Shown: positions 48,130 to 57,761 of the stretch, piece after piece
Numbering within the stretch: the stretch's first letter is position 1
Layout: each line of letters begins with the position of its first letter
Source: Candidatus Aminicenantes bacterium
GTDB lineage: Bacteria > Acidobacteriota > Aminicenantia > Aminicenantales > JAFGBC01
Assembly (NCBI GenBank): GCA_963702005.1
Contig: OY969696.1
Location: 2,870,556-2,934,555, forward strand
DNA: 64,000 nucleotides
Direction of reading: 5' to 3'
The notes under the pieces: model-generated
Database searches by the model: none
Seen by the model: the letters and a program-made list of their open reading frames with translations, nothing else
What the model was told of the DNA's origin: nothing
Made by a program: the position numbers and the translations under genes

Positions 48130-48170
48130 CTTCCGCCCTCCGTTTGATTTTAAAAAGGAGAGTGCTTAGA

Positions 48171-50465
48171 ATGAGTGAGAATGAGAGACGGAGGAAATGC
48201 GATAAAGAGAGAGGAGGCCCTGGCCCAGTTCGAGGGTTTATCTCAAGGCCGACGCCGACTCTGAGCGGGCCGCCCAAGTCAAGGGATTCGTTGAATTCCT
48301 CAAGAAGAAATAGCGGAAGACGGATGGCTCAGATGAGTTCCGGGCGGCGGACATCCCTCGGGGGGGTCATTCTGGCCGCCCTGCTTGTTGTCTCCTTCCC
48401 GGCGTCCGCCGCGGCGGCCGGCCCGGGCAACGGCCGGAACCTTCTCCTTATCACCGTCGACACCCTGCGGGCCGATCATCTCGGCTGCTACGGATGCGCC
48501 GCGGTCCAAACCCCGTTCATCGACGGCCTGGCCCGGGACGGCGTTCGGTTCGAGCGGGCCTTCGCCCACACGACCACCACCCTGCCTTCTCACACGAACA
48601 TCCTCCTCGGCCTCACTCCGCTCGCCCACGGCGTCCACGACAACTCCAACTTCATCGTCCGCCCCGAGTTCACGACGCTGGCCGAATGGCTGAAGGGGGC
48701 GGGCTACGCCACCGGCGCCGTCATCGGAGCCTTTCCCCTGGATTCCCGCTTCGGCCTCAACCAAGGATTCGACGTTTACGACGACAATTACGGCAGCCAA
48801 TCACCCGACATGCTGTCCTTCGTGGAGCGGAAAGCCGAGGTCGTCGTGGCCTTGGCCCTCGAATGGCTCAAGGCCAGGGACGGGAGAACCCCCTGGTTTC
48901 TCTGGATCCATCTCTACGATCCCCATCAACCCTGGCAGCCGCCCGAGCCGTTTCGCTCCCAATACAAGGAGGACCTTTACTGCGGAGAAATCGCCTACAC
49001 CGACCAGGCTCTCGGGAAACTCCTGGGCTATTTAAAGGAAACGGACCTGGAGCGGACGACGGCCGTCGTATTCACGGCCGACCACGGCGAGGGGCTCGGG
49101 GAGCACGGGGAGATGACCCACGGCTATTTCGCCTACAACGCGACGCTCCGGATCCCGCTCCTGATCAACGCGCCCGGCATCAAACCGGCTTTCGTTTCCG
49201 CGAACGTGGGGCACGCCGACATCTTCCCCACGGTCTGCGACCTTCTCAAGATCGACAAGCCCTCGGGGCTCTCGGGCGTTTCGCTCCTGCCCCTGATCCA
49301 AGGGAAGGAGGTCCCCGATCGGCCCCTGTACTTTGAGGCCCTCAACGCCTACTGCAACCGGGGGTGGGCGCCGCTCCGCGGATACATCGAGAGAAACGAA
49401 AAGTTCATCGACCTCCCCATCCCGGAACTGTATGACCTGGCCGCGGACTTTCCCGAGAAGGCTAATCTCGCCGAAGGACGCCCGCTCGACTCGTACCGGA
49501 AGCGGCTGGCCGATCTTCAGCAAGCCCTGTCCTCGACGCTCGAAAACATGGCCGCCAAGGCGACGGACGCGCAGACCCTGAAGAAGCTCCGGAGCCTGGG
49601 CTACATCGCCGCGACCCAGGCCCCTCGGAAAAAGACCTACACCGCCGCAGATGACCTCAAGACACTTCTCCCCTACCACGAAAAGTGGATGAAGGCCACG
49701 CTCCTCCGCGAGAGCGGCCGGCCCCGGGAGGCGATCGAGCTCCTCAAGGAGATCGTCACCGAACGGAAGGACTTCGACCTCGCCTTCATCTATCTCGCCA
49801 ATTTCTATAAAGAAGAAGGTCGGTCCGAGGACGCCGTGTCCGTCCTCCGGGTCGCTTACGAGTTCAACCCGGAGAGCTTCACGATCATGACCGGGCTGGG
49901 CATCCGGCTCGTCGAGGTCGGACGGTTCGACGAGGCGATCGACCTCCTCGCCAAGGCTCTGGGCATCATCGACTACGATCCCGAGGCCTGGAACTATCTC
50001 GGCGTCGCCCTTTGGAATAAAGGCGACTACGACGAGGCGCGGAAAGCGTACCAACGGGCCCTTGCCCTCGACGCCAACGATGCCATCGTCTTCAACAACC
50101 TGGGGTCGCTCGACCTCTCGGTTTACTTGAAGACGCAGGCTGGAGGATCCTTGGACGAGGCCATTGCCGACTTCCGGAAAGCCATCGAGTTCGACCCCCA
50201 TTACGCTTCGGCCTATAACGGCTTGGGAGCGGCATTCAAAATGGCCGGAAACCCGGACGGCGCGATCGCGGCCTGGACCAAGGCGGTCGAGCTCAAGCCC
50301 GATTTCGGCTACCCCCTCTACAACCTGGGACTGTCCCTCCTCGCCAAGGGCGATAAGTCCGGCGCCCTCGGCTACTTCACCCGCTACAAGGAGCTGAACT
50401 ACAGCGTCCTCTCTCCGGAAGACAAGAAAAAGCTGGACGATTTCATCGAGCGCTGCCGGGAATGA
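48171..50465 (+). CDS. membrane-anchored sulfatase-like hydrolase/transferase fused to a C-terminal TPR array
   Basis: SD AAAAGGAGAG lies 8 nt before the ATG at 48171, followed by a basic tail and a TM segment (GGVILAALLVVSF). LLLITVDTLRADHLGCYG; nucleophile context TTTLPSHTNILLG (Thr, not Cys/Ser-x-P-x-R). At least 6 TPR units from about residue 500. An alternative start is possible at 48324. Confidence 0.8.
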   Translation: MSENERRRKCDKERGGPGPVRGFISRPTPTLSGPPKSRDSLNSSRRNSGRRMAQMSSGRRTSLGGVILAALLVVSFPASAAAAGPGNGRNLLLITVDTLRADHLGCYGCAAVQTPFIDGLARDGVRFERAFAHTTTTLPSHTNILLGLTPLAHGVHDNSNFIVRPEFTTLAEWLKGAGYATGAVIGAFPLDSRFGLNQGFDVYDDNYGSQSPDMLSFVERKAEVVVALALEWLKARDGRTPWFLWIHLYDPHQPWQPPEPFRSQYKEDLYCGEIAYTDQALGKLLGYLKETDLERTTAVVFTADHGEGLGEHGEMTHGYFAYNATLRIPLLINAPGIKPAFVSANVGHADIFPTVCDLLKIDKPSGLSGVSLLPLIQGKEVPDRPLYFEALNAYCNRGWAPLRGYIERNEKFIDLPIPELYDLAADFPEKANLAEGRPLDSYRKRLADLQQALSSTLENMAAKATDAQTLKKLRSLGYIAATQAPRKKTYTAADDLKTLLPYHEKWMKATLLRESGRPREAIELLKEIVTERKDFDLAFIYLANFYKEEGRSEDAVSVLRVAYEFNPESFTIMTGLGIRLVEVGRFDEAIDLLAKALGIIDYDPEAWNYLGVALWNKGDYDEARKAYQRALALDANDAIVFNNLGSLDLSVYLKTQAGGSLDEAIADFRKAIEFDPHYASAYNGLGAAFKMAGNPDGAIAAWTKAVELKPDFGYPLYNLGLSLLAKGDKSGALGYFTRYKELNYSVLSPEDKKKLDDFIERCRE

Positions 50466-50658
50466 TCTCTGTCCCGACTCAGGGATGGCCCGGCCGGGAA
50501 GGATAAACAACGCGTATGACAAAGACACGAAGGAACGCCCGCCCGAGACTGAGCCGAAAGCCCTCGAGGCCCTCAAGGCCTCCCTTAAGCTGAACCCCGA
50601 TCAGAAGGACATCCGCGACATCGTCGCTTCGCTGGAAAAAATTCCCTAGATCTTGCGC

Positions 50659-51937
<1,279 letters not shown>

Positions 51938-53104
51938 TCAGAGGCCGGCCTCTTTGCGCAGGATCTGGGCCTTGTCGGTCCGCTCCCAAGTAAACTCGGG
52001 GTCGGTCCGTCCGAAATGGCCGTAAACGGCCGTCTTCTTGTAGATGGGCCTGAGGAGGTCGAGGGACTTGATCATGCCTTTGGGGGTCAGCTGGAAGTGG
52101 GCCAGGATGAGCTCTTTGATTTTATTCTCGTTGATTTTGGCCGTACCGAAGGTATCGACCATGATCGAGACCGGCTGGGCGATGCCGATCGCATAGGCAA
52201 GCTGGACCTCGACCTGCTCGACGAGTCCGGCCGCGACGAGGTTTTTAGCAATGTACCGGGCCATATAAGAGCCGGAGCGGTCGACCTTGGAGGGGTCCTT
52301 CCCCGAGTAGGAGCCGCCGCCGTGCTTTCCAAACCCGCCGTAAGTATCGACGATGATCTTACGGCCGGTCATCCCCGTGTCGGCCAGGGGCCCTCCCTGC
52401 TCGAAGCGGCCGGTCCCGTTGATGATGATCTTGGTCTCCTTGTCGAGGAGGGCGGCCGGGATGACTTTCTTGATGACCTCCCGCTTGAGGTCGTCCCGAA
52501 GGTCGTCCATCTTGACCTTGTCGTTGTGCTGAGCGGCCAAGACAACGGCCTCGACCCGGCGCGGTTTCCGGGCGTCGTATTCGACGGTGACCTGGGACTT
52601 CCCGTCCGGCCGGAGGTAGTCGAGGATTTTGTCGCGGCGGACGGTGCTCAGCCTGCGGACGAGCTTGTGGGCGAGCATGATCGGCAGGGGCATGAATTCC
52701 TCGGTCTCCCGGCAGGCGTAGCCGAACATCAGGCCTTGATCGCCCGCTCCCTGCTCGTGGTCCGGCCTTTCATCGACGCCCATGGCGATATCCGGCGACT
52801 GCTCGTGGATGGCCGAGAGCACCGCGCACGTTTCGTAGTCGAACCCATATATGGCCTTCGTGTACCCTATGTCCTTGATGGTCCTGCGGACGACCTTTTG
52901 GAAGTCGCAGTAGCCCTTGGTCGTGATCTCACCGGCGATCAGGACGACGCCGGTCGTGGCCAGGGCTTCGCAGGCGACCCGGCTCTTGGGGTCTTGGGCG
53001 AGCAGGTCGTCCAGGACGGCGTCCGAGATCTGGTCGCAGACTTTATCGGGGTGGCCTTCCGTCACCGATTCCGAAGTGAAAAGATGCTTTCCTTCTTTGC
53101 TCAT
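51938..53104 (-). CDS. metK: S-adenosylmethionine synthetase
   Basis: [48 protein letters not shown]. Confidence 0.95.
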   Translation of the reverse strand: MSKEGKHLFTSESVTEGHPDKVCDQISDAVLDDLLAQDPKSRVACEALATTGVVLIAGEITTKGYCDFQKVVRRTIKDIGYTKAIYGFDYETCAVLSAIHEQSPDIAMGVDERPDHEQGAGDQGLMFGYACRETEEFMPLPIMLAHKLVRRLSTVRRDKILDYLRPDGKSQVTVEYDARKPRRVEAVVLAAQHNDKVKMDDLRDDLKREVIKKVIPAALLDKETKIIINGTGRFEQGGPLADTGMTGRKIIVDTYGGFGKHGGGSYSGKDPSKVDRSGSYMARYIAKNLVAAGLVEQVEVQLAYAIGIAQPVSIMVDTFGTAKINENKIKELILAHFQLTPKGMIKSLDLLRPIYKKTAVYGHFGRTDPEFTWERTDKAQILRKEAGL

Positions 53105-53143
53105 TCCTTTACCTCCATCGCTTTCTCGCCGAAACGGTTAAAA

Positions 53144-53172
53144 ACGATAGCATAAACGTGCCATTAATTCAA
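53144..53172 (-). promoter_or_regulatory. sigma70-like promoter candidate for metK
   Basis: Minus strand TTGAAT - 17 nt - TATCGT, about 40 nt upstream of the metK ATG. Confidence 0.3.
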
Positions 53173-53538
53173 CACGACCGAGTTTTGAAATCTTGGTTTT
53201 ATCATAGCCGAAGCCGATAGGGTGGAGAAGGCCGTCGAGGGGTCGAGCGGGCAGATAAAGAAAAAAGGGGAAGGGCGAGGGATGGTCGATGAAGAAGGCC
53301 GTATGAGCGGCGGAGCGGGCATGGTCTGATTTGGAGACACAATATCGATTTAAGAAAATCAGCATTTGTCCCCAAATCGGGAGCGGAGCCTCGAATCGAA
53401 CGAGGATTCCTCGCCGGGGAATCCTAAGTGTGCCTTCGAGTCGACTATCCCGAGCCCTCTCGCCGGGGCAATTTCGCGTCCTTCGAGCCCTATACTCAGG
53501 GAAGCCCTGAGTACTAGAAGCCTCGTCGGCTGAGGTTG

Positions 53539-54899
53539 CCCGGGCGTGTCAACTCATATAACCATGTTACCGAAACGGTAGTCATTGCATCACCGAAAAT
53601 GATACCGAAGAAGGATCGAGTTTTTTGTAAGGATCGACCTGGACAAGCCCCTTGCGTTTCTTCTCATACAGGGTAAAAAGTCTCTTCAGCTTCTGGTCGA
53701 TCCGACGCTTCAAGTCGGCGGGATTGAGACTGCGATAGAGGTCGTCCAGGGTTTTGAGGGCCTCCGGGGGGAGTTGCCCCAACTCCCGGAGGATCCGATA
53801 GGGCGTCTGGGGCTTCGCATAGCGCCTGCGGGTCTTCCCATCGACCCGTTCCTTGCGCTCGAGTCTCATTACCGGCTGGAAGAAGTTCTTGAAGAGCCGC
53901 AGCTCGTTTCTGTATAGATCGTTTATCAGGTTCAGCTCTTCGGGGGTGTCATAGCGCAGGTAGCCCAGCGGCCGGCGGACATGGGTGAAGTTCTTCTGTT
54001 CGATATAGGCGTTGTCGTTCTTGCGATAGGGCCGGGACCGGGTGAAGGCCAGTCCCTCCTCCTGGGTGTACCGGTAGAGCTGATCGTTGATGAAGGCGTT
54101 GTCGTTGTCCGAGTCGATCCCCCGCCAGGTGAAGGGGGTCCTGGCCCGGATCTTCTTGATAGCATCGAAAATCCGGCCCTGGGCGCGGCCCATTACCGCC
54201 TCGCCCTCCCACCAGGTCGAGCCGATCTCCAGGGCGGAGAGGCTGTGGGCATACTCGCCGGCCGTCGAAGCCCCGCAGTGGAGAACCAAGTCCATCTCCA
54301 GGAACCCGACTTGGTGGAGGTCCCAATCGGTCATTTTCAGCGGGATCTTCTTGGCGATGAGATTCCCCCCGACCCGCCCGTAGCGCCGTTGGGCGATCCA
54401 TTCGGTCTTCCTCGACTTCAGGAGGCGGTCGATCGTGGCCGGCGAGACCCGCCGAAGTTGCCGGGCGGTCTTCTCATCGACCTCAAGCTCACCCAAAGCG
54501 CGAAGCCTACCCAACTCCTCCTCGACCAAGGGCTTCAGCCTCTGGCCGCAAGGCCGATCGAAGATCTCCCAGAGCGTCTCTAGGGCCACCCGCACAGGCC
54601 TTCCGTACACCCGCCGTCTCGCCTTCCGGGGCCGCGAGTCCCCCTTAAGGAGGCTGGCCATCTTCCGCAGAACAGACTTGCGCGCCAGGCCCGTATTGCG
54701 GCAGTATTCGTCTAAAAGCGCGCTCTTCCCCCTTTTTCGGGCCCTGAGATACCGTCCCAAGAGAGCTTTCAGATACTGTTCTCGTGATCGCATGTCCATC
54801 CTATCCATGTCACCCTATCCTTTAGGAGATTTGGGTAACATTTTATATGATTCAACGGGCTTTCCTTCGGTAACATTTTACGTGATTCAATGCGCCGGG
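53539..54899 (-). mobile_element. apparently intact insertion sequence (DDE/rve transposase; ISNCY- or IS481-like) with imperfect terminal inverted repeats, each duplicated subterminally
   Basis: Left end CCCGGGCGTGTCAACTCATATAACCATGTTACCGAA (53539-53574). Right end TTCGGTAACATTTTACGTGATTCAATGCGCCGGG (54866-54899). Inner copies at 53583-53610 and 54833-54859; the left-inner copy matches the right-outer copy at 24 of 28 positions by eye. TTG flanks both ends (53536-53538, 54900-54902). Confidence 0.65.
53582..54808 (-). CDS. DDE-type (rve) transposase with N-terminal HTH
   Basis: 408 aa, uninterrupted: REQYLKALLGRYLRARKRGKSALLDEYCRNTGLARKS (HTH-like), FLEMDLVLHCG, GIDSDNDNAFIN, NDNAYIEQKNFTHVR (D-D-E spacing). 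Confidence 0.85.
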   Translation of the reverse strand: MDRMDMRSREQYLKALLGRYLRARKRGKSALLDEYCRNTGLARKSVLRKMASLLKGDSRPRKARRRVYGRPVRVALETLWEIFDRPCGQRLKPLVEEELGRLRALGELEVDEKTARQLRRVSPATIDRLLKSRKTEWIAQRRYGRVGGNLIAKKIPLKMTDWDLHQVGFLEMDLVLHCGASTAGEYAHSLSALEIGSTWWEGEAVMGRAQGRIFDAIKKIRARTPFTWRGIDSDNDNAFINDQLYRYTQEEGLAFTRSRPYRKNDNAYIEQKNFTHVRRPLGYLRYDTPEELNLINDLYRNELRLFKNFFQPVMRLERKERVDGKTRRRYAKPQTPYRILRELGQLPPEALKTLDDLYRSLNPADLKRRIDQKLKRLFTLYEKKRKGLVQVDPYKKLDPSSVSFSVMQ

Positions 54900-54924
54900 T
54901 TGTCCCCCGTCCGCGTTTTATGGT

Positions 54925-56295
54925 ATGAATGAGACGTTGAAAACCGTGATCGAGAAAGGAATGGAGCGAAGGTTCCTGGGGGTCCGGAAGCTGGCGGGCG
55001 GACTCATCCTGCTTGCCGGGGCCGCTTTGCCCCTGCGGCCTCAGGCCAGGGTCTCGTTTCCGGTCACGACCTACGAGCTCCGGAACGGCCTCCAAGTCAT
55101 CCTGGCCGAAGATCACAGCTTGCCCCTTGTCTCGGTCGTCGTCGCCTACCGGGTCGGCTCGATCCGGGAGTCGCCCGAAAAATCAGGCCTCGCCTACTTC
55201 CTTCAAAAACTCATGTTCCAGGGCTCCCAAAACGTCGGCCCTCTCCAGCATATCTCTTTCATCAACCGCGCCGGCGGCGACTTCAACGCGACGACCTCCG
55301 AGGAGTTGACGCTCTTCTACCAGACCGTCCCCTCCAACCAGCTCCCCGTCCTGCTCTGGCTCGAATCCGACCGGATGCGCTTCCTGGACATCCGGGCCGA
55401 CTCCGTCGAGCGGGTCCGAGCCGGTCTGATCGAGGAGATCGTCGAGCGCAGGGCCTCCGAGCCGTACTGGGACAGCAACCTTCTTTTCGACCAAGTCCTC
55501 TTCCCTGACTTCGCCTATAGCCATTCGGTCATCGGGAGCGAGGAGGATGTCCTGGGCTTGACCATGGAAGACATCTCGGATTTCTATGCCGAGTACTACG
55601 CGCCCAACAACGCCGTCCTCTGCCTGAGCGGCGATATCCAGCTCCCCCGGGTCCGCGAGCTCGTCGCCCGCTACTTCGAGACTCTTCCCCGCGGGCGCGA
55701 CATCCCAGCCCTCCCCCCCGGCCGGCCCCGGGAACGGAGGGGCGAGACCCAGAGCATCCGGAACTACCTGGCCCCTTCGCCCGCCTTCAACCTGGGGTTT
55801 CCGATCGCCGCCCCCGGCACTCGGGAGTATACTGTCCTGAGCGTCCTCGAATACATCCTGATGCGGGGTGAAACCGCGCGCATCCCTAAGAGGATCGTCC
55901 AGAAAGAACGCCTGACCATCGAGATCAACGGGGGCATCGAGCGGCGGCGGGATTTGGCCGCCTTCCGCTTCTTCGCCGTCGCCAACAACGACCTCATGGT
56001 CGAGCGCTGCCAGAACGCCATCCTGTCCGAGCTGGGCAAGCTCAAGACGAGCTTCGTCGGACAGGACGAGCTGGCCAAGGCCAAAACCATGCTCCGGATG
56101 GACATGGTCCGCCGGGTGGCCACCTCGCTGGATAAGGCCCTCTTCCTGTGCGAGTCCGTCCTGACCCAGCCCGGCTTCACGGACTTCACCGCCGAACTCG
56201 ACAAGTACCTGAGCGTGACGCCCTCGGAGATCATCGGTCTGGTCAACCGCTATTTCAAGGACACGGACGCTCTCGTCCTCAACATCCAGAAATGA
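54925..56295 (+). CDS. M16-family peptidase homolog lacking the HxxEH zinc motif
   Basis: 456 aa with a signal-like N-terminus. The family fold is evident (YELRNGLQVIL..., NATTSEELTLFYQ, YYAPNNAVLCLSGD). The motif position reads GLAYFLQKLMFQG where GxAHFLEHMxFKG is expected. Confidence 0.8.
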   Translation: MNETLKTVIEKGMERRFLGVRKLAGGLILLAGAALPLRPQARVSFPVTTYELRNGLQVILAEDHSLPLVSVVVAYRVGSIRESPEKSGLAYFLQKLMFQGSQNVGPLQHISFINRAGGDFNATTSEELTLFYQTVPSNQLPVLLWLESDRMRFLDIRADSVERVRAGLIEEIVERRASEPYWDSNLLFDQVLFPDFAYSHSVIGSEEDVLGLTMEDISDFYAEYYAPNNAVLCLSGDIQLPRVRELVARYFETLPRGRDIPALPPGRPRERRGETQSIRNYLAPSPAFNLGFPIAAPGTREYTVLSVLEYILMRGETARIPKRIVQKERLTIEINGGIERRRDLAAFRFFAVANNDLMVERCQNAILSELGKLKTSFVGQDELAKAKTMLRMDMVRRVATSLDKALFLCESVLTQPGFTDFTAELDKYLSVTPSEIIGLVNRYFKDTDALVLNIQK

Positions 56296-57761
56296 ACGAC
56301 ATAGCCAGGGCCCGATCTCGCCTCCGCTGCCTGGGCATGATCTTGACGATCCTGGCCGGGGCCGCGGCGAGCGCGGGCCAGGAGAGGTTCAGGAGGGTCC
56401 AGCCCAATCCGGATCCGCTGCCCCAGCTCCGCCTTCCCTCGATCGAGACCCACCAGCTCAGCAACGGCCTCCTGCTAGCCGTTTGCAAGAGGGACCACCT
56501 CCCGCTCATGAGCCTTCAGCTTGTCGTCCTGGCCGGCGAGGCCCAGTCCCCCGACGAAGTGCCGGGGACGGCCACCCTCGCCGCGCGGATGATCCTGCAG
56601 GGGACGGATTTGATCTCCGCGGAGGACGTCCAAGCCCGGATCGAGGCTATCGGCGGCGAGTTCACGACTTCGACCCAGCTCGATTATTCTCAATTCACTT
56701 TCAACTTCCTCGAGGACTACCTGGACCAAGCTCTCCAAATCCTGGCCCCCCTCCTCCTCCAGCCGGCCTTCCCGAGACGCCAGCTGGACGTCGTCAAGCG
56801 GACGATGCATTATTCCCTTATGGAGAGGGCCAAGGATCCCGAGTTTCTGGCCAAACGCCAGCTCCTCAGGCTTCTCTTCCCAAAACATCCCTATCGCAAG
56901 GGCATCTTCAGCGAAGACGTCATCAAGGCCATCAGCCGGACCCACGTCCAGGCTTTCTACGACGCCTACTACAGGCCCAATAACGCCATCCTGGTTTTAA
57001 GCGGCAACTTGAGCCTGGCGACGGCGACCCAGAAGGTCAGCCACTACCTGAACACCTGGGCGGCCAAGGACATCAGCCGTCCCCCGGTCGCGCCGCCCGA
57101 GCCGAATCTTCAGGAGCGGATCTGCCTGATCGATAATCCCCAGATGAGCGACGCGACCCTCTCGATCGGCACCGTGGTCGGGCCGGCCTCGAGCCCCGAC
57201 GCCCTCCCGCTCGAGGTCCTCAGCCAGGTCCTGGGCGGGACGCCGAGCAGCCGGCTGTTCATGAACCTGCGCGAAACGAAGGGCTATGCCTTCTATGCCT
57301 TCAGCGATCTCGAGCTCTTCAAGAACTGCGGCCTGTTCCTGGTCCGGGCCCGGGTCCAATCCAAGTACTGCGGAGTCTCGATTCGGGAGGTCCTCCAGGA
57401 GATCGCCGGCGTCGTTGAGGAGCGAGTCGCCTCCTTCGATATCGAGCAGGCCAAGAGCCGCCTGATCGGGAACTTCCCGCTCCGGATCGAAGCCTTCGAC
57501 CGGCTGGCCGACCGGGTAGCCGAGATCAAGACCTTCAACCTGGGCGAGGAGAGCTGGAACCGCCATTACGAAAGCATCATGCTCGTCAACGCCGAGAGCG
57601 TTTACGGGGTGGCCCAAAAATATCCGCTCCGGACTCCGGTCGTCGTCATCGTCGGCGACAAGAACTCCCTCATCGACTATCTCCAGGACTTCGCCAAGGT
57701 CGAGGTCTACAACGCCAGGGGCGTCTTCCAGTACAACCTGACCCGAGGAGGACAAGAATGA
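56292..57761 (+). CDS. M16-family peptidase homolog (non-catalytic type), second subunit
   Basis: ATGA overlap with the upstream gene. Signal-like N-terminus. HQLSNGLLLAV..., motif position GTATLAARMILQGT (no HxxEH), YYRPNNAILVLSGN. Confidence 0.8.
   Translation: MNDIARARSRLRCLGMILTILAGAAASAGQERFRRVQPNPDPLPQLRLPSIETHQLSNGLLLAVCKRDHLPLMSLQLVVLAGEAQSPDEVPGTATLAARMILQGTDLISAEDVQARIEAIGGEFTTSTQLDYSQFTFNFLEDYLDQALQILAPLLLQPAFPRRQLDVVKRTMHYSLMERAKDPEFLAKRQLLRLLFPKHPYRKGIFSEDVIKAISRTHVQAFYDAYYRPNNAILVLSGNLSLATATQKVSHYLNTWAAKDISRPPVAPPEPNLQERICLIDNPQMSDATLSIGTVVGPASSPDALPLEVLSQVLGGTPSSRLFMNLRETKGYAFYAFSDLELFKNCGLFLVRARVQSKYCGVSIREVLQEIAGVVEERVASFDIEQAKSRLIGNFPLRIEAFDRLADRVAEIKTFNLGEESWNRHYESIMLVNAESVYGVAQKYPLRTPVVVIVGDKNSLIDYLQDFAKVEVYNARGVFQYNLTRGGQE

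Noticed and set aside
53105-53300. SAM or SAH riboswitch in the metK 5' region.
   Set aside because: I could not find the conserved SAM-I core strings or a convincing SAM-II/V pseudoknot by eye. It is left as an open question in the findings rather than called as a feature.
53385-53425. tRNA-like element. On the minus strand CCTCG-TTCGATT-CGAGG looks like a T-arm with a canonical T-loop, and it is adjacent to a 7-8-bp hairpin with a 7-nt loop.
   Set aside because: No acceptor stem pairing, D-arm or variable region could be built. The putative anticodon loop lacks U33, and there is no spacer between the two hairpins. At most it is a tRNA-derived fragment.
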